Below are positions 20,137 to 29,353 of a DNA stretch of 64,000 nucleotides, in pieces. Position 1 is the first letter of the stretch. Each line of letters opens with the position of its first letter. Source of the stretch: a virus (Duplodnaviria > Caudoviricetes); IMG/VR virus record IMGVR_UViG_3300042396_000691, positions 45,716-109,715 of that record, one strand, 5' to 3'. A program made the position numbers and the translations under genes. Under the pieces are notes generated by a model. That model was not told the DNA's origin and did not search any database. It saw only the letters and a list, made by a program, of their open reading frames with translations.

Positions 20137-20137
20137 A

Positions 20138-20608
20138 ATGAAAATAAACATTTGTTTTGGAAACTCAAACGAATATCTAAATGGATATGTTAATACTAAT
20201 TTTGTTAAAAATGATCAATTTGAAAATTGTCATCCTGAGAATTTAGATTCGATTATAGATGATGGCGAAGCAGATGAAATATTAGCTGTTAATGTTTTAA
20301 ATTATATTGAATTTAACAAAACAAAAGATGTTTTAATTAATTGGTATAAAAAATTAAAATACGATGGTACAATTGTCATATCCTTTTTTGATTTTGTAGA
20401 GATATGTAGGGCTTTAACCTCTGGACAATTAGATGTTTTAGATGCAAAGAAACTTATTTATGGCGAGCAAAATGAAGGTTGGCAATTTTTTAAGTCTGGA
20501 TCTTCACTGATTGAATTAAAGAAGTTTTTTTTATCTATTGGTTCTAAGATAGAATATTGTAAAATAGACGGTTTTATTTCATATATTAAAGTTAGGAGAG
20601 TTAAGTGA
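20138..20608 (+). CDS. SAM-methyltransferase-like protein with degenerate motifs
   Basis: KINICFG...GYVN; DEILAVNVLNY; WYKKLKYDGTIVI parallel the LNLGCG/HVLEH/LKPGG pattern. Confidence 0.55.
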   Translation: MKINICFGNSNEYLNGYVNTNFVKNDQFENCHPENLDSIIDDGEADEILAVNVLNYIEFNKTKDVLINWYKKLKYDGTIVISFFDFVEICRALTSGQLDVLDAKKLIYGEQNEGWQFFKSGSSLIELKKFFLSIGSKIEYCKIDGFISYIKVRRVK

Positions 20609-21432
20609 GTAATTTGCACACAAGCTGTAAAAATTGTTTTTATGCAATTTATGAAGAGTCTGAAAAAACTCAAATTGGTTGTCATTTTAATAAGTTGGAA
20701 AAACTTAAAGAAAACAATATTACAATAACAGAATCTTATGATGATGAAAAAGAATTTTTTGTTCTGGAAAAACATGCTTGTATGGCTCATAGAACTAAGT
20801 CATCTATGATTGCTGCTAATCAAGATGTTAAAGAAAGTATGAAACTAACTAGAAAACAAATGTCGCCCAAAATTGCTGCCGTTATAAATGTATTCAATGA
20901 AAACATGGAAGATTTAAAGAAAACAATTCAGCAAATATCCGATCAAGATATTCAATTTTACGAAGTTATTTTTTGTGTTTCATCAGGTATAAAGCCATCA
21001 GAAATTATATCTATGATTCATAAATTAAACTGTACATTTAAATGGAATATAAAACAAATAATAGATGAATATTGGTTGGGATCTAGAGCAATAAATGTCT
21101 CTGTTCAAAATAGTAAATCTACATATTTTGCACTTTTTAATTGTGGATTTGATATACCCAAAGCTTTCGTTAAAGAGATTGATGAAGCTATTTGTGATCA
21201 GATGAAAAGATTCATTGTGCTTCATGGGGTTGATGAAGAAGGAAATGGCTCTGTTTATCAAACATATGCTTTTAATGCACTAAGGGGCAATGAAGAAGCT
21301 TTCATTGAGCAAGAAAATGATAAACCAGCACATACCTTTTTAGAAAAGTTGAATTATCTTGCAGTTCAAAGCGATTTGATGCACCTACTTAAGAAATGCG
21401 AAGAAGTATGTCCTTGCATGAAAAACCACTAA
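20605..21432 (+). CDS. Hypothetical protein with Cys motif and possible GT-A remnant
   Basis: CKNCFYA...GC at the N-terminus; GT2-like segments QISDQ...EVIF and RAIN...SKSTYFALF without DxD. Confidence 0.45.
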   Translation: MSNLHTSCKNCFYAIYEESEKTQIGCHFNKLEKLKENNITITESYDDEKEFFVLEKHACMAHRTKSSMIAANQDVKESMKLTRKQMSPKIAAVINVFNENMEDLKKTIQQISDQDIQFYEVIFCVSSGIKPSEIISMIHKLNCTFKWNIKQIIDEYWLGSRAINVSVQNSKSTYFALFNCGFDIPKAFVKEIDEAICDQMKRFIVLHGVDEEGNGSVYQTYAFNALRGNEEAFIEQENDKPAHTFLEKLNYLAVQSDLMHLLKKCEEVCPCMKNH

Positions 21433-22178
21433 TATCCATAGTAATACCAAATCACAATTATGGTAGATGGATAGAGGATGCTATTGATAGCGTTGTTTAT
21501 GATGACTATTCTAATAAAAGAATAGTTGTTGTAGATGATGGTTCTATCGATGGATCAGCCAGAAAAGTTTATGGTCTTTTATCAGATCCAAAAGCTTCTG
21601 AATCATCTGGAATATCTGGTATAACAGGCAAATATAAAAAAACAGATGTTGAAATAACACTAATAGCTTGTAATGAGTGCAGAGGACCATCTGCTGCAAG
21701 AAACATAGGTATAAAGTTTTATTGGGAAAATACTGATGTTTATTCGTTTTTAGATTCTGATGATATGCACATAAGCGGAAAATTAAAAGAAAGCTTATAT
21801 GCTTTAATTAGTGGATGGGGATCAATTGGTGCTGTATATTGCGATTATATAAATTTTGATTATGAAAACAATATAAGTTTTCAACAGCACAAAGAAGCTT
21901 TTTGTTCTGAAAAAATATTACAAGAATGTATAATGCCATCGTGCAACTTAGTTCCTAAATATGTTTTTGAAAAAATAGGACTTTTTGATGAGACTATGCG
22001 TGTTGCAGAAGATTGGGATCTTTGGATAAGAATGTCTAAGCATTTTATTGCTTATCATATTCCAAAAAATTTTACAATCGTTAGGACAGGAAGTTATAAT
22101 TCTACCAATGTTGTTTCTGAGGAAGTTTGGTCTAAAAACTGGCGAAGAATATTAGAAAAAATAAAAAATGACAAATGA
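21408..22178 (+). CDS. Glycosyltransferase family 2 (GT-A)
   Basis: ISIVIPNHN; VVVDDGSID; GPSAARNIG; FLDSDD; FDETMRVAEDWDLW. Confidence 0.92.
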   Translation: MSLHEKPLISIVIPNHNYGRWIEDAIDSVVYDDYSNKRIVVVDDGSIDGSARKVYGLLSDPKASESSGISGITGKYKKTDVEITLIACNECRGPSAARNIGIKFYWENTDVYSFLDSDDMHISGKLKESLYALISGWGSIGAVYCDYINFDYENNISFQQHKEAFCSEKILQECIMPSCNLVPKYVFEKIGLFDETMRVAEDWDLWIRMSKHFIAYHIPKNFTIVRTGSYNSTNVVSEEVWSKNWRRILEKIKNDK

Positions 22179-22854
22179 TATATGTATTATTATACCAGTT
22201 GCTGGTCTTGGCAAAAGAATGAAGGCATATGGCCCCAAAGCATCAATACGCATAGACAAAGAAGAAACAGTTTTAAGCAGACAAATTAAAATTTTAAGAA
22301 ACTTTTTTCCAAAATCAAAAATAATTGTAGTCTGTGGTTTTCAAAAAGAAAAAATATTTGAAATAGTTGACCAAGACATTGTTTGTGTTGAGAATAAAAG
22401 GTATAAAAGCTCCAATGTTTGTCTTTCAATTAAAATAGCATTGGATAAATGTCATTGCAAAAAGATTTTAATAGTCAATGGCGATTTGGTTTTCACTGGT
22501 GAAATATTTAACACAATGCCAAAAAACTCATCTTGGATTGCTATTGATACAAACATAAATCAAAGGTCTTCTGAAGTTGGCGTTAACATAGTAGAAGGCC
22601 AAATAACTAATTTCTGTTATGGCTTAAATCCCAAATGGGGCCAAATAGTTTGTTTAATAGGAAAAGAAATGGAGTTCTTTAAAAAGGTGGTTGTTCTAGA
22701 AAGGTCTGAAAAAAAATTCTCTTTTGAAATACTTAATGATGTGATAGATATGGGTGGTATTATAAAGCCACAAATAAACAAGAAGTGGAAGCTTGTTGAA
22801 ATAGATACATCTAAAGATATAGCTAGAGCTAAAAAGCTTGTAAGGAGAATTTAA
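22168..22854 (+). CDS. Sugar- or choline-phosphate nucleotidyltransferase (LicC/NTP_transferase-like)
   Basis: IIIPVAGLGKRM...PK; NGDLVF; VEIDT. Confidence 0.8.
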   Translation: MTNDICIIIPVAGLGKRMKAYGPKASIRIDKEETVLSRQIKILRNFFPKSKIIVVCGFQKEKIFEIVDQDIVCVENKRYKSSNVCLSIKIALDKCHCKKILIVNGDLVFTGEIFNTMPKNSSWIAIDTNINQRSSEVGVNIVEGQITNFCYGLNPKWGQIVCLIGKEMEFFKKVVVLERSEKKFSFEILNDVIDMGGIIKPQINKKWKLVEIDTSKDIARAKKLVRRI

Positions 22855-23733
22855 ATGAATGTTCTGTGTGACATGGAATATCCATTGGATGAAAAAGAAA
22901 TGTTTGGATGGGGTAAAGCATTTTCCTCAATAAATCACGATTTCTTTTTTTTGAACAGAAAAGAAAAAGCAATAATTGATGCTTTTGAAGAAAAAAAACC
23001 TTCGATATTTATAACTCATGCAGCCCTATTAAATAGAGCATCGTGTAAAGCTATTATTAAAAACGAATACTGTAAAACATTTGTGTTTATTGATTCAGAA
23101 GAAGACAAAGAAAAACTAAAAGATAAATCAAATGTTTTTTATATTTCAAAAAATAAAAATTTAAATTGCATGTTTGTAGAAGAATCTTGCGATCTTTATT
23201 TGTCGTTAAAACCAAAAACAAACATAAATATGATATCTGACATATGCTACATAGGCGACTATGTAAAAGAGTGCATTCTTTCAAAGTGTTTTTCTATGTT
23301 TAGGGTTAAATGTTGGGGAAATACAAAGTGGCCTTTTACAACATATTTGGGAAAAATTAAACCAGACAAAATAAAAGATGCAATATGTTCTTCAACAACA
23401 TCTTTATATTTAGATGATTTAAACAATAAAAGCTGGCCACTATATACATATATATGTAATAGACCAATAGTTTCTTATAAAAGCACATGGTTAAAAAATG
23501 TTTTAAAAGATAAATCTTTATGTTTTTCAGACGAAGAATCTTTTTTTGAAAATCTTTTGAACATAATTAGAAATCCAGAAATAGCATACGAAAATATAAA
23601 AACCAATTCGGAATTTATAAAAAATAATCATTTGTCACACCATAGGGTTTCAGCTATACTAGATGCTATAGGACTTAAGGAGGATTCAATAAAATGTATC
23701 AATGTTGCGATGGATCTAACAAAGAAGTATTAA
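22855..23733 (+). CDS. CgeB-like GT-B glycosyltransferase, divergent
   Basis: SDICYIG; CWGNTKW; C-terminal NHLSHHRV resembling HTYxHR. Confidence 0.5.
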   Translation: MNVLCDMEYPLDEKEMFGWGKAFSSINHDFFFLNRKEKAIIDAFEEKKPSIFITHAALLNRASCKAIIKNEYCKTFVFIDSEEDKEKLKDKSNVFYISKNKNLNCMFVEESCDLYLSLKPKTNINMISDICYIGDYVKECILSKCFSMFRVKCWGNTKWPFTTYLGKIKPDKIKDAICSSTTSLYLDDLNNKSWPLYTYICNRPIVSYKSTWLKNVLKDKSLCFSDEESFFENLLNIIRNPEIAYENIKTNSEFIKNNHLSHHRVSAILDAIGLKEDSIKCINVAMDLTKKY

Positions 23734-24383
23734 GCGTTTTATTAGGATATGGCCAATCTCCACATGTTATTAAAAAGTCTTTATGGTGGATATCCGAAGA
23801 ACTAAATAACAACGAATACAATGTGATAGCTATAGACGATGGGCAATGTGGCGACATAGCAAAAGAAATGTCTAACTATGTTGCAAGAATATGCCCTAAA
23901 ATAATAAAAATAAATAATGCTGCACTTTTAGAACATTATAAAATAGACTCTATAACAAAAAGCAAAAAACTTGCTTATGCAATTTGTGAAAAATTTTCTT
24001 CTAATAAAAGGGTTTATGTAAGCCCAAGATCAATATGTTATGGCAAATCTTTTAAATCATTTTGTGATCAAGTGCAAAACAATAAAGTTATGCAGATGAG
24101 GTCATACTTAGTGCCATTGTATGTTCAAGAGGCAATAAGTGAATACTCTTCAAACTTTTGTAAATTTTTAGTTAATGAGTGCAAAAAATACCCAATATAC
24201 ACTGAAAACTATCCTGAGAAAAACATAGATTATATAACACAATCAACAGTTGATTCATTAGATGGTAAAGAAACATTCTTTTCAGAACACGAATGTTTTT
24301 ACTTAGAACCAAAAGACCCTGACCCAAAAGAACATCTTGAAACAATAGACCTAGAATTAATAGATAAAATCTTGGAAAATTAA
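23694..24383 (+). CDS. Hypothetical protein, possible degenerate GT-A
   Basis: VIAIDDG motif only. Confidence 0.4.
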   Translation: MYQCCDGSNKEVLSVLLGYGQSPHVIKKSLWWISEELNNNEYNVIAIDDGQCGDIAKEMSNYVARICPKIIKINNAALLEHYKIDSITKSKKLAYAICEKFSSNKRVYVSPRSICYGKSFKSFCDQVQNNKVMQMRSYLVPLYVQEAISEYSSNFCKFLVNECKKYPIYTENYPEKNIDYITQSTVDSLDGKETFFSEHECFYLEPKDPDPKEHLETIDLELIDKILEN

Positions 24384-25117
24384 TGATAATATATAAAGTA
24401 CCAAAACCAATTTCTATAATTGGAGAGCATTCAACAAAATGCATGATTTTTTCATCGTGCAACTTTAGTTATTTAAGCAAATTTGGAAATGTTAAATCTT
24501 TCTTTATAGACAAAAAAACAAAACATTTTTATAAAAGATGTTTTAAAAATTATAGCACAATAAAATCAAAGCTTTTAAATTTTATAGAGCTTGATGATTT
24601 CCCTTCTTGCTACACATCTATATTTGGAAAATTTAACTATATAAATAAAGCTTCAACAACATGGAACAATGTTCAAGTAGATAGCTCTAGCGATTTTTTT
24701 GATAATCTTTTAATCTTTCATATAAGAAGAAAACATTTTAAATACAGTAGAATAAAACCAATAGAAAACTTTAACATTGGAATTATTCACAAAATGGTGG
24801 ATGATGCCTATAACGCATATGTAGATAAAGACTTTAAATTTATGGGGAAGTTGATAGATTCTTATTGGAGAATAAAAACTGAATTAGATCCAAATTCTGC
24901 AAATGAATTCATCTATAAGGTTTATTCTGATTGTAGACTGTCTGGTGCTTGGGGAGGAAAAATGGATGAAAACACAATGATTCTTTTAGCACCAAAACAA
25001 AAACATGAAGAGATATGTTCTATAATGAAGAATCATATAAGATTAAACTCTTCTGTTAATATAACAGGAATAGTAAGAGAGGAACTGTTTAGTGGAAATA
25101 GCAATTGCTGTAAATAA
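24383..25117 (+). CDS. Degenerate GHMP sugar kinase-like protein (HddA-like)
   Basis: N-terminal MIIYKVPKPISIIG and C-terminal GKLIDSYWRIK...SGAWGGKM are GHMP-like; PxxxGLGSS and GAGGGG are absent. Confidence 0.55.
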   Translation: MIIYKVPKPISIIGEHSTKCMIFSSCNFSYLSKFGNVKSFFIDKKTKHFYKRCFKNYSTIKSKLLNFIELDDFPSCYTSIFGKFNYINKASTTWNNVQVDSSSDFFDNLLIFHIRRKHFKYSRIKPIENFNIGIIHKMVDDAYNAYVDKDFKFMGKLIDSYWRIKTELDPNSANEFIYKVYSDCRLSGAWGGKMDENTMILLAPKQKHEEICSIMKNHIRLNSSVNITGIVREELFSGNSNCCK

Positions 25118-25544
25118 GATTAAAAGAGATCAACTTCTTTTTGATATAAGAAATCAATGTGCAAAACATAACATTGTTGTATATTCAAATAAAGAGATGT
25201 TCCTTAATAAAAGCTTTGGCTTTAGTATACTTACATATTACGACATGTGGTATTCAAATGCCGATTATCATGTGGCTACATGCCTATACTCTGCTAAAAG
25301 TATGTTGTTGAACCCAAAGATTAAAACCGTATATTTTTATGTGTGGGATTTAGAATGGGTTTACGGTGTGCATGAGTATGAAGACATCAAAAACATTTAT
25401 GCCAATAAGAGAATAGAACTTATTGCAAGAAGTGAAGATCATAGTAAATCGATATATGATTCATGGAACATTAAAGCTAGAATAGCTTATAACTTTGACT
25501 TAGATAACATAGTGGGGAAAAAACATGAAAAAGTTAACATATGA
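25092..25544 (+). CDS. Hypothetical protein resembling a GT-B N-terminal half
   Basis: HVAT...VYFYVWDLE...IARS. Confidence 0.45.
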   Translation: MEIAIAVNKIKRDQLLFDIRNQCAKHNIVVYSNKEMFLNKSFGFSILTYYDMWYSNADYHVATCLYSAKSMLLNPKIKTVYFYVWDLEWVYGVHEYEDIKNIYANKRIELIARSEDHSKSIYDSWNIKARIAYNFDLDNIVGKKHEKVNI

Positions 25545-26289
25545 ATTTTTGCATAAACATTATGTTGAATTACAACAATCGACTTATGAAATAGCGGAAG
25601 TTTCAGAGACTTATCCTAACAAAATAAGAAGGGCACTAGTTTCATTTGGTATACCATTAAGGGATAAGTCAGAAGCTCAAGCAAAGGCTTTAGCCACAGG
25701 AAGATGTTTTCATCCAACTAAAGGTAAAAAATTAACAGAAGAAACGAAGATAAAGATAAGTGACTCTATGGCCAATTCTTGGGAATCAATGGATAAGACT
25801 GAAAGAGAAAGAAGATCGATTGTCTCTAAGAAAAATTGGGAAGCTATGCCTCTAAGCAAAATTGAAGAAATGCAAAAAAAAGCAGCAGAATCAGTTAGAG
25901 AGGCTGCTGAAAATGGTTCTAAGCTTGAAAAGTTTTTGATTAACGGAATAAGAAAAAATAAAATTAAGGCAGATTTTCATAAAGAATTCTATGTGATAGG
26001 CGAAAGACAACATATCGACATTTATATTCCAGAATATAAAGTAGGAATAGAAGTTGATGGCCCAACACACTTTAAGGCTATTTGGGGAACGGAAAAATAT
26101 GAAAAACAATTAAAAAGTGACACTAAAAAAACTGGATTGCTATTGAATTCTGGAATGAAGCTAATAAGAATAAAAAACATAAGCGGTAACAGTTCTGGCT
26201 TTTATATGAGAACTATCTTGAAAAAACTTCTCGATACGCTAGAATTGATAAAAGAAGGATCATTGGAAGGATTATACGAACTGGAGTAA
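25525..26289 (+). CDS. Free-standing homing endonuclease-like protein (HTH + NUMOD3 + Vsr-like nuclease)
   Basis: STYEIA...IRRAL..FGIP; KGKKLTEETKIKISDS; IDIYIPEYKVGIEVDGPTHF. Confidence 0.72.
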   Translation: MKKLTYEFLHKHYVELQQSTYEIAEVSETYPNKIRRALVSFGIPLRDKSEAQAKALATGRCFHPTKGKKLTEETKIKISDSMANSWESMDKTERERRSIVSKKNWEAMPLSKIEEMQKKAAESVREAAENGSKLEKFLINGIRKNKIKADFHKEFYVIGERQHIDIYIPEYKVGIEVDGPTHFKAIWGTEKYEKQLKSDTKKTGLLLNSGMKLIRIKNISGNSSGFYMRTILKKLLDTLELIKEGSLEGLYELE

Positions 26290-26291
26290 AA

Positions 26292-26984
26292 ATGGTTAAG
26301 AAAGTAGCAGAAGAATTGCAAGCGGTAGAAGAAAAAATTAACAGCAACAGCCCCGAATGGAACGAACATGTTCTTTCACATTTCCAGCAAGATGAGCTAG
26401 TTGATGGAAATCCAACTGTAGATGGATTAAGGCGAGTTGCTGAACTTTTAATTGGGCCAATCATCTCTGGAAAAGCAAATATTGTCCAATCACCTAATCC
26501 AGATAACGATGGGCGATGTGTAGTATCATACACTGTTATAGTTAAATCCTTAAATGGCTCTGACTTAACATTTGAGCAAACAAGCCTAGCAGATTGTTAT
26601 GCTGGAAATTGTGATCCAAGGTTTGCAGTATTTGCATCAGCGGTTGCAGAAACTAGGGCCGAAGGAAGAGCATTAAGAAAATTACTTAGACTACGCAAAA
26701 TAATTGCAGCGGAAGAGGCTGGCCTTGTTCCAGCCGAAGAAAACGGGTCTAACGGAAAAATAACGGCCACTCAAATGAGTTTTATCGAAACTCTGTGTAA
26801 CAGGAATGATATAAATGTTCCTGTTTATTTGGGTGACTCAAAAAGCTTCAGCTTTAGCGGTAGGTTGGAGGAAGTTCCTTATAGGTCAGCAGTGGCTATT
26901 ATAGCCCATCTATCTGAGCTTCAGCGTAACAATGCATCGATTAACCCTAAGTATAAGGGTTATAACCCCAATTGGAGAAAGTAA
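26292..26984 (+). CDS. Putative single-strand annealing protein (Rad52/Sak-like)
   Basis: AETRAEGRALRKLL helix and a C-terminal ITATQMSFI module. Confidence 0.45.
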   Translation: MVKKVAEELQAVEEKINSNSPEWNEHVLSHFQQDELVDGNPTVDGLRRVAELLIGPIISGKANIVQSPNPDNDGRCVVSYTVIVKSLNGSDLTFEQTSLADCYAGNCDPRFAVFASAVAETRAEGRALRKLLRLRKIIAAEEAGLVPAEENGSNGKITATQMSFIETLCNRNDINVPVYLGDSKSFSFSGRLEEVPYRSAVAIIAHLSELQRNNASINPKYKGYNPNWRK

Positions 26985-27358
26985 TGAAGGCTATTGTACC
27001 TTTTAAAATTTGCACTGTAGAAATTGAATCTGAGTCTGTAAAAGATCTTTTTAGAGAAATTGCAACTCTTGCTGAAGTACTCAATGAAGAAAAGTGCGGT
27101 GTTTGTGGTGAAGAACACATTATACCTAAGACAAGAAATGTAGAAAAAAACAAAAAGTTTTACGAATATTTTGAGATGAGTTGTTCTAATCCAAAATGTA
27201 GGGCAAGGTTAAACTTTGGTCAAAAGCAAGACGGTTCTGGAATTTTTCCAATCCGTAAGCTTGATGCCAATGGCAAGCCAGACCGTGAAAATGGGTCATA
27301 CGGCTCACATAATGGTTGGTCTAAGTACAAGGGCGGTAATGTAGATGAAGTGCCTTAA
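26984..27358 (+). CDS. Hypothetical zinc-binding protein
   Basis: CGVC...CSNPKC; ATG overlaps the upstream TAA. Confidence 0.6.
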   Translation: MKAIVPFKICTVEIESESVKDLFREIATLAEVLNEEKCGVCGEEHIIPKTRNVEKNKKFYEYFEMSCSNPKCRARLNFGQKQDGSGIFPIRKLDANGKPDRENGSYGSHNGWSKYKGGNVDEVP

Positions 27359-27512
27359 TATCGAATCTATGACAATAGATGATATAAAAGAAGAACTCCT
27401 TTGGCTGAAGGGCTTTGATGCCGATTGGTCAAAGGAGCTTTATAATTTGCTTAAAAAAGAACTATCTGTTAGAGATATTCAAGCTCAATCCAAAGAGCGT
27501 ACTGAGTCTTAG
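27345..27512 (+). CDS. Possible 55-aa small protein, absent from the ORF track
   Basis: MKCLNIESMTIDDIKEELLWLKGFDADWSKELYNLLKKELSVRDIQAQSKERTES; overlaps the convergent gene. Confidence 0.3.
   Translation: MKCLNIESMTIDDIKEELLWLKGFDADWSKELYNLLKKELSVRDIQAQSKERTES
27396..27437. terminator. Hairpin at the convergence of the two gene blocks, candidate bidirectional terminator
   Basis: CTCCTTTGGCTGA...TTGGTCAAAGGAG stem (with G-U pairs) plus inner GGC/GCC; T-rich tails on both strands. Confidence 0.5.
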
Positions 27513-28080
27513 AGCCAATCGTATCTGGACTAGCAGAAAGTGCCAAGTACCAATCATGTCTGCTATCAATAGTGTTAGAACCACTTGGGCTTAATCCTGA
27601 TGTACCAGGAGAATCCGCAAGGGTCATATATCCAGTTCCTGCTGGTGTTGACCAAGTATTGCTTCCAGATCCAATCAAACTTTCATTTGATGCTGGATGA
27701 ATCAGTTCTGCAACTTTGGTAGTAACACCGCTTGCTTCATTAGATATACTTGTCCTGTCATAAATTCTAAGTTTTGTATTTTGAGTTTTTACCCCAGTGG
27801 TATGGGTAAATCTAACATTTAGAGTAGCAAGACCATTTGCTATTGTTCGTAAGTGCCTTGCAGCACTACCGTTAGGATAACCAGATGCAGTATTAAAATA
27901 CTTTATGTTTTTGGCTTTACCGCCATTTGTTGCACCTTGACTATCAGTTATATAGGTATCATCTTGATATTGCCCAACGGCAACAGATGACCCAAATCCG
28001 CTAGATCCATAAAAACCTATACCACTAGATATAATGTTTTCAAGAGAAGCATCACCAGCAAAAAAACTAATTGTAGCCAT
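27469..28080 (-). CDS. Putative virion structural protein
   Basis: Ser/Gly/Thr-rich 203 aa; strong RBS AGGAG; last gene of the late block. Confidence 0.55.
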   Translation of the reverse strand: MATISFFAGDASLENIISSGIGFYGSSGFGSSVAVGQYQDDTYITDSQGATNGGKAKNIKYFNTASGYPNGSAARHLRTIANGLATLNVRFTHTTGVKTQNTKLRIYDRTSISNEASGVTTKVAELIHPASNESLIGSGSNTWSTPAGTGYMTLADSPGTSGLSPSGSNTIDSRHDWYLALSASPDTIGSKTQYALWIELEYL

Positions 28081-28101
28081 ATTTTTTCTCCTATGTGCAT
28101 A

Positions 28102-28113
28102 GTATTATACACC
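28102..28113 (-). promoter_or_regulatory. Candidate late promoter GGTGTATAATAC
   Basis: GGTGTAT motif recurs upstream of several late genes. Confidence 0.45.
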
Positions 28114-29352
28114 ATTTACAACCACACTTCCAATTTTATATTCTAAAGTAGGATCTTGCCAAAATTCAAATGTTGTACAATCTTGAAAAAATGTATATGA
28201 TGATGGATAATTTGTCCAAACACCATTGAATATTGCTGTTTTTGAGTCTATCAGTACTCTATTGTAACGATCTTCCCCAAAATAAGAACCAGGTGGAACT
28301 TGCCAATGTGTGTCGCAAGTAATTGTTCCATCAGGTTGAGTTATATATCCTCCCCACAGATTGTCACAACAATAATAAGCATTCATATACAGAGGAACAC
28401 AATCATCAGGAGGTCTTTGACAAGGATATCCTGTGTAAAAAAATGAAATGCCAAAACCATATTGATAACCACAACTTTGAGATATGGATACGAACATTTT
28501 TTCACTTTTATTAATTACAGTGAAACTCATATTGTTAGGGCAATTTGGAAATTGAAAATTTACAGTTGTCTCAGCTTTACCATATGATTTACAAATATCT
28601 AATGGAAATTCTATTACTGATTCAGTTATATAGCTTGCTTGCCCATTTATAATCCAAGTTGTACCATCAGTAGTATCTGCACCACATGGATCAGTACAAA
28701 AATATCTTAATTCTACTCCATCTGGACCGTTAAAATATTTACTTGGCACATCAACAATAATCATAGGCCCAATTGGTTCATCCCATTTTGCAGAATGAAT
28801 TATTTCTGGCTCAGACCAGTCTGCTATATTGTAATAATAATATCCATTTTCGTCTTGGAACAAAGTTGCTTTTGTAAATTTAGCCCACAATTGACATTCT
28901 CTTTTAACATTGTCTTGTTTTTCTTCAAGGCTAAAAATTGACATTACATGTGCTGGCACTGTTCCACCTGGAGCACCTAGCCAAGCTGAACTATCTCCAT
29001 CCCAATCTTCAACAAGATATCCAGAAAATACTGAACCAGAAGGTGATGATGTAAGTGAACCATATCCTGCTGGTGTACCACTTCTAGTTTGATTTTGCCA
29101 CCCTATATCTCCAGCCCAATAAAGTTTCCCATCTGCTTCAAAGGTTGCGTTATCTGCCAAATACTGATTGCTTGGTTTATCCCATCTTAAACTTGACATT
29201 GGTTTTGGGTATTTTCTATGTATCCAAGGACCAACCTGATAACCCATGTTATATGAAAATGGGTAAGTGTCAAATGATTCAACTTCAGCATTTGGATCAT
29301 TCTTTGGCACTCTGCATTTACAACCACCTGGTGTGCAACAATTACATGGCAT
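28105..29352 (-). CDS. Cys-rich putative tail-tip or receptor-binding protein
   Basis: MPCNCCTPGGCKC N-terminus; aromatic beta-rich body; follows the large tail protein. Confidence 0.5.
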   Translation of the reverse strand: MPCNCCTPGGCKCRVPKNDPNAEVESFDTYPFSYNMGYQVGPWIHRKYPKPMSSLRWDKPSNQYLADNATFEADGKLYWAGDIGWQNQTRSGTPAGYGSLTSSPSGSVFSGYLVEDWDGDSSAWLGAPGGTVPAHVMSIFSLEEKQDNVKRECQLWAKFTKATLFQDENGYYYYNIADWSEPEIIHSAKWDEPIGPMIIVDVPSKYFNGPDGVELRYFCTDPCGADTTDGTTWIINGQASYITESVIEFPLDICKSYGKAETTVNFQFPNCPNNMSFTVINKSEKMFVSISQSCGYQYGFGISFFYTGYPCQRPPDDCVPLYMNAYYCCDNLWGGYITQPDGTITCDTHWQVPPGSYFGEDRYNRVLIDSKTAIFNGVWTNYPSSYTFFQDCTTFEFWQDPTLEYKIGSVVVNGV

Positions 29353-29353
29353 A

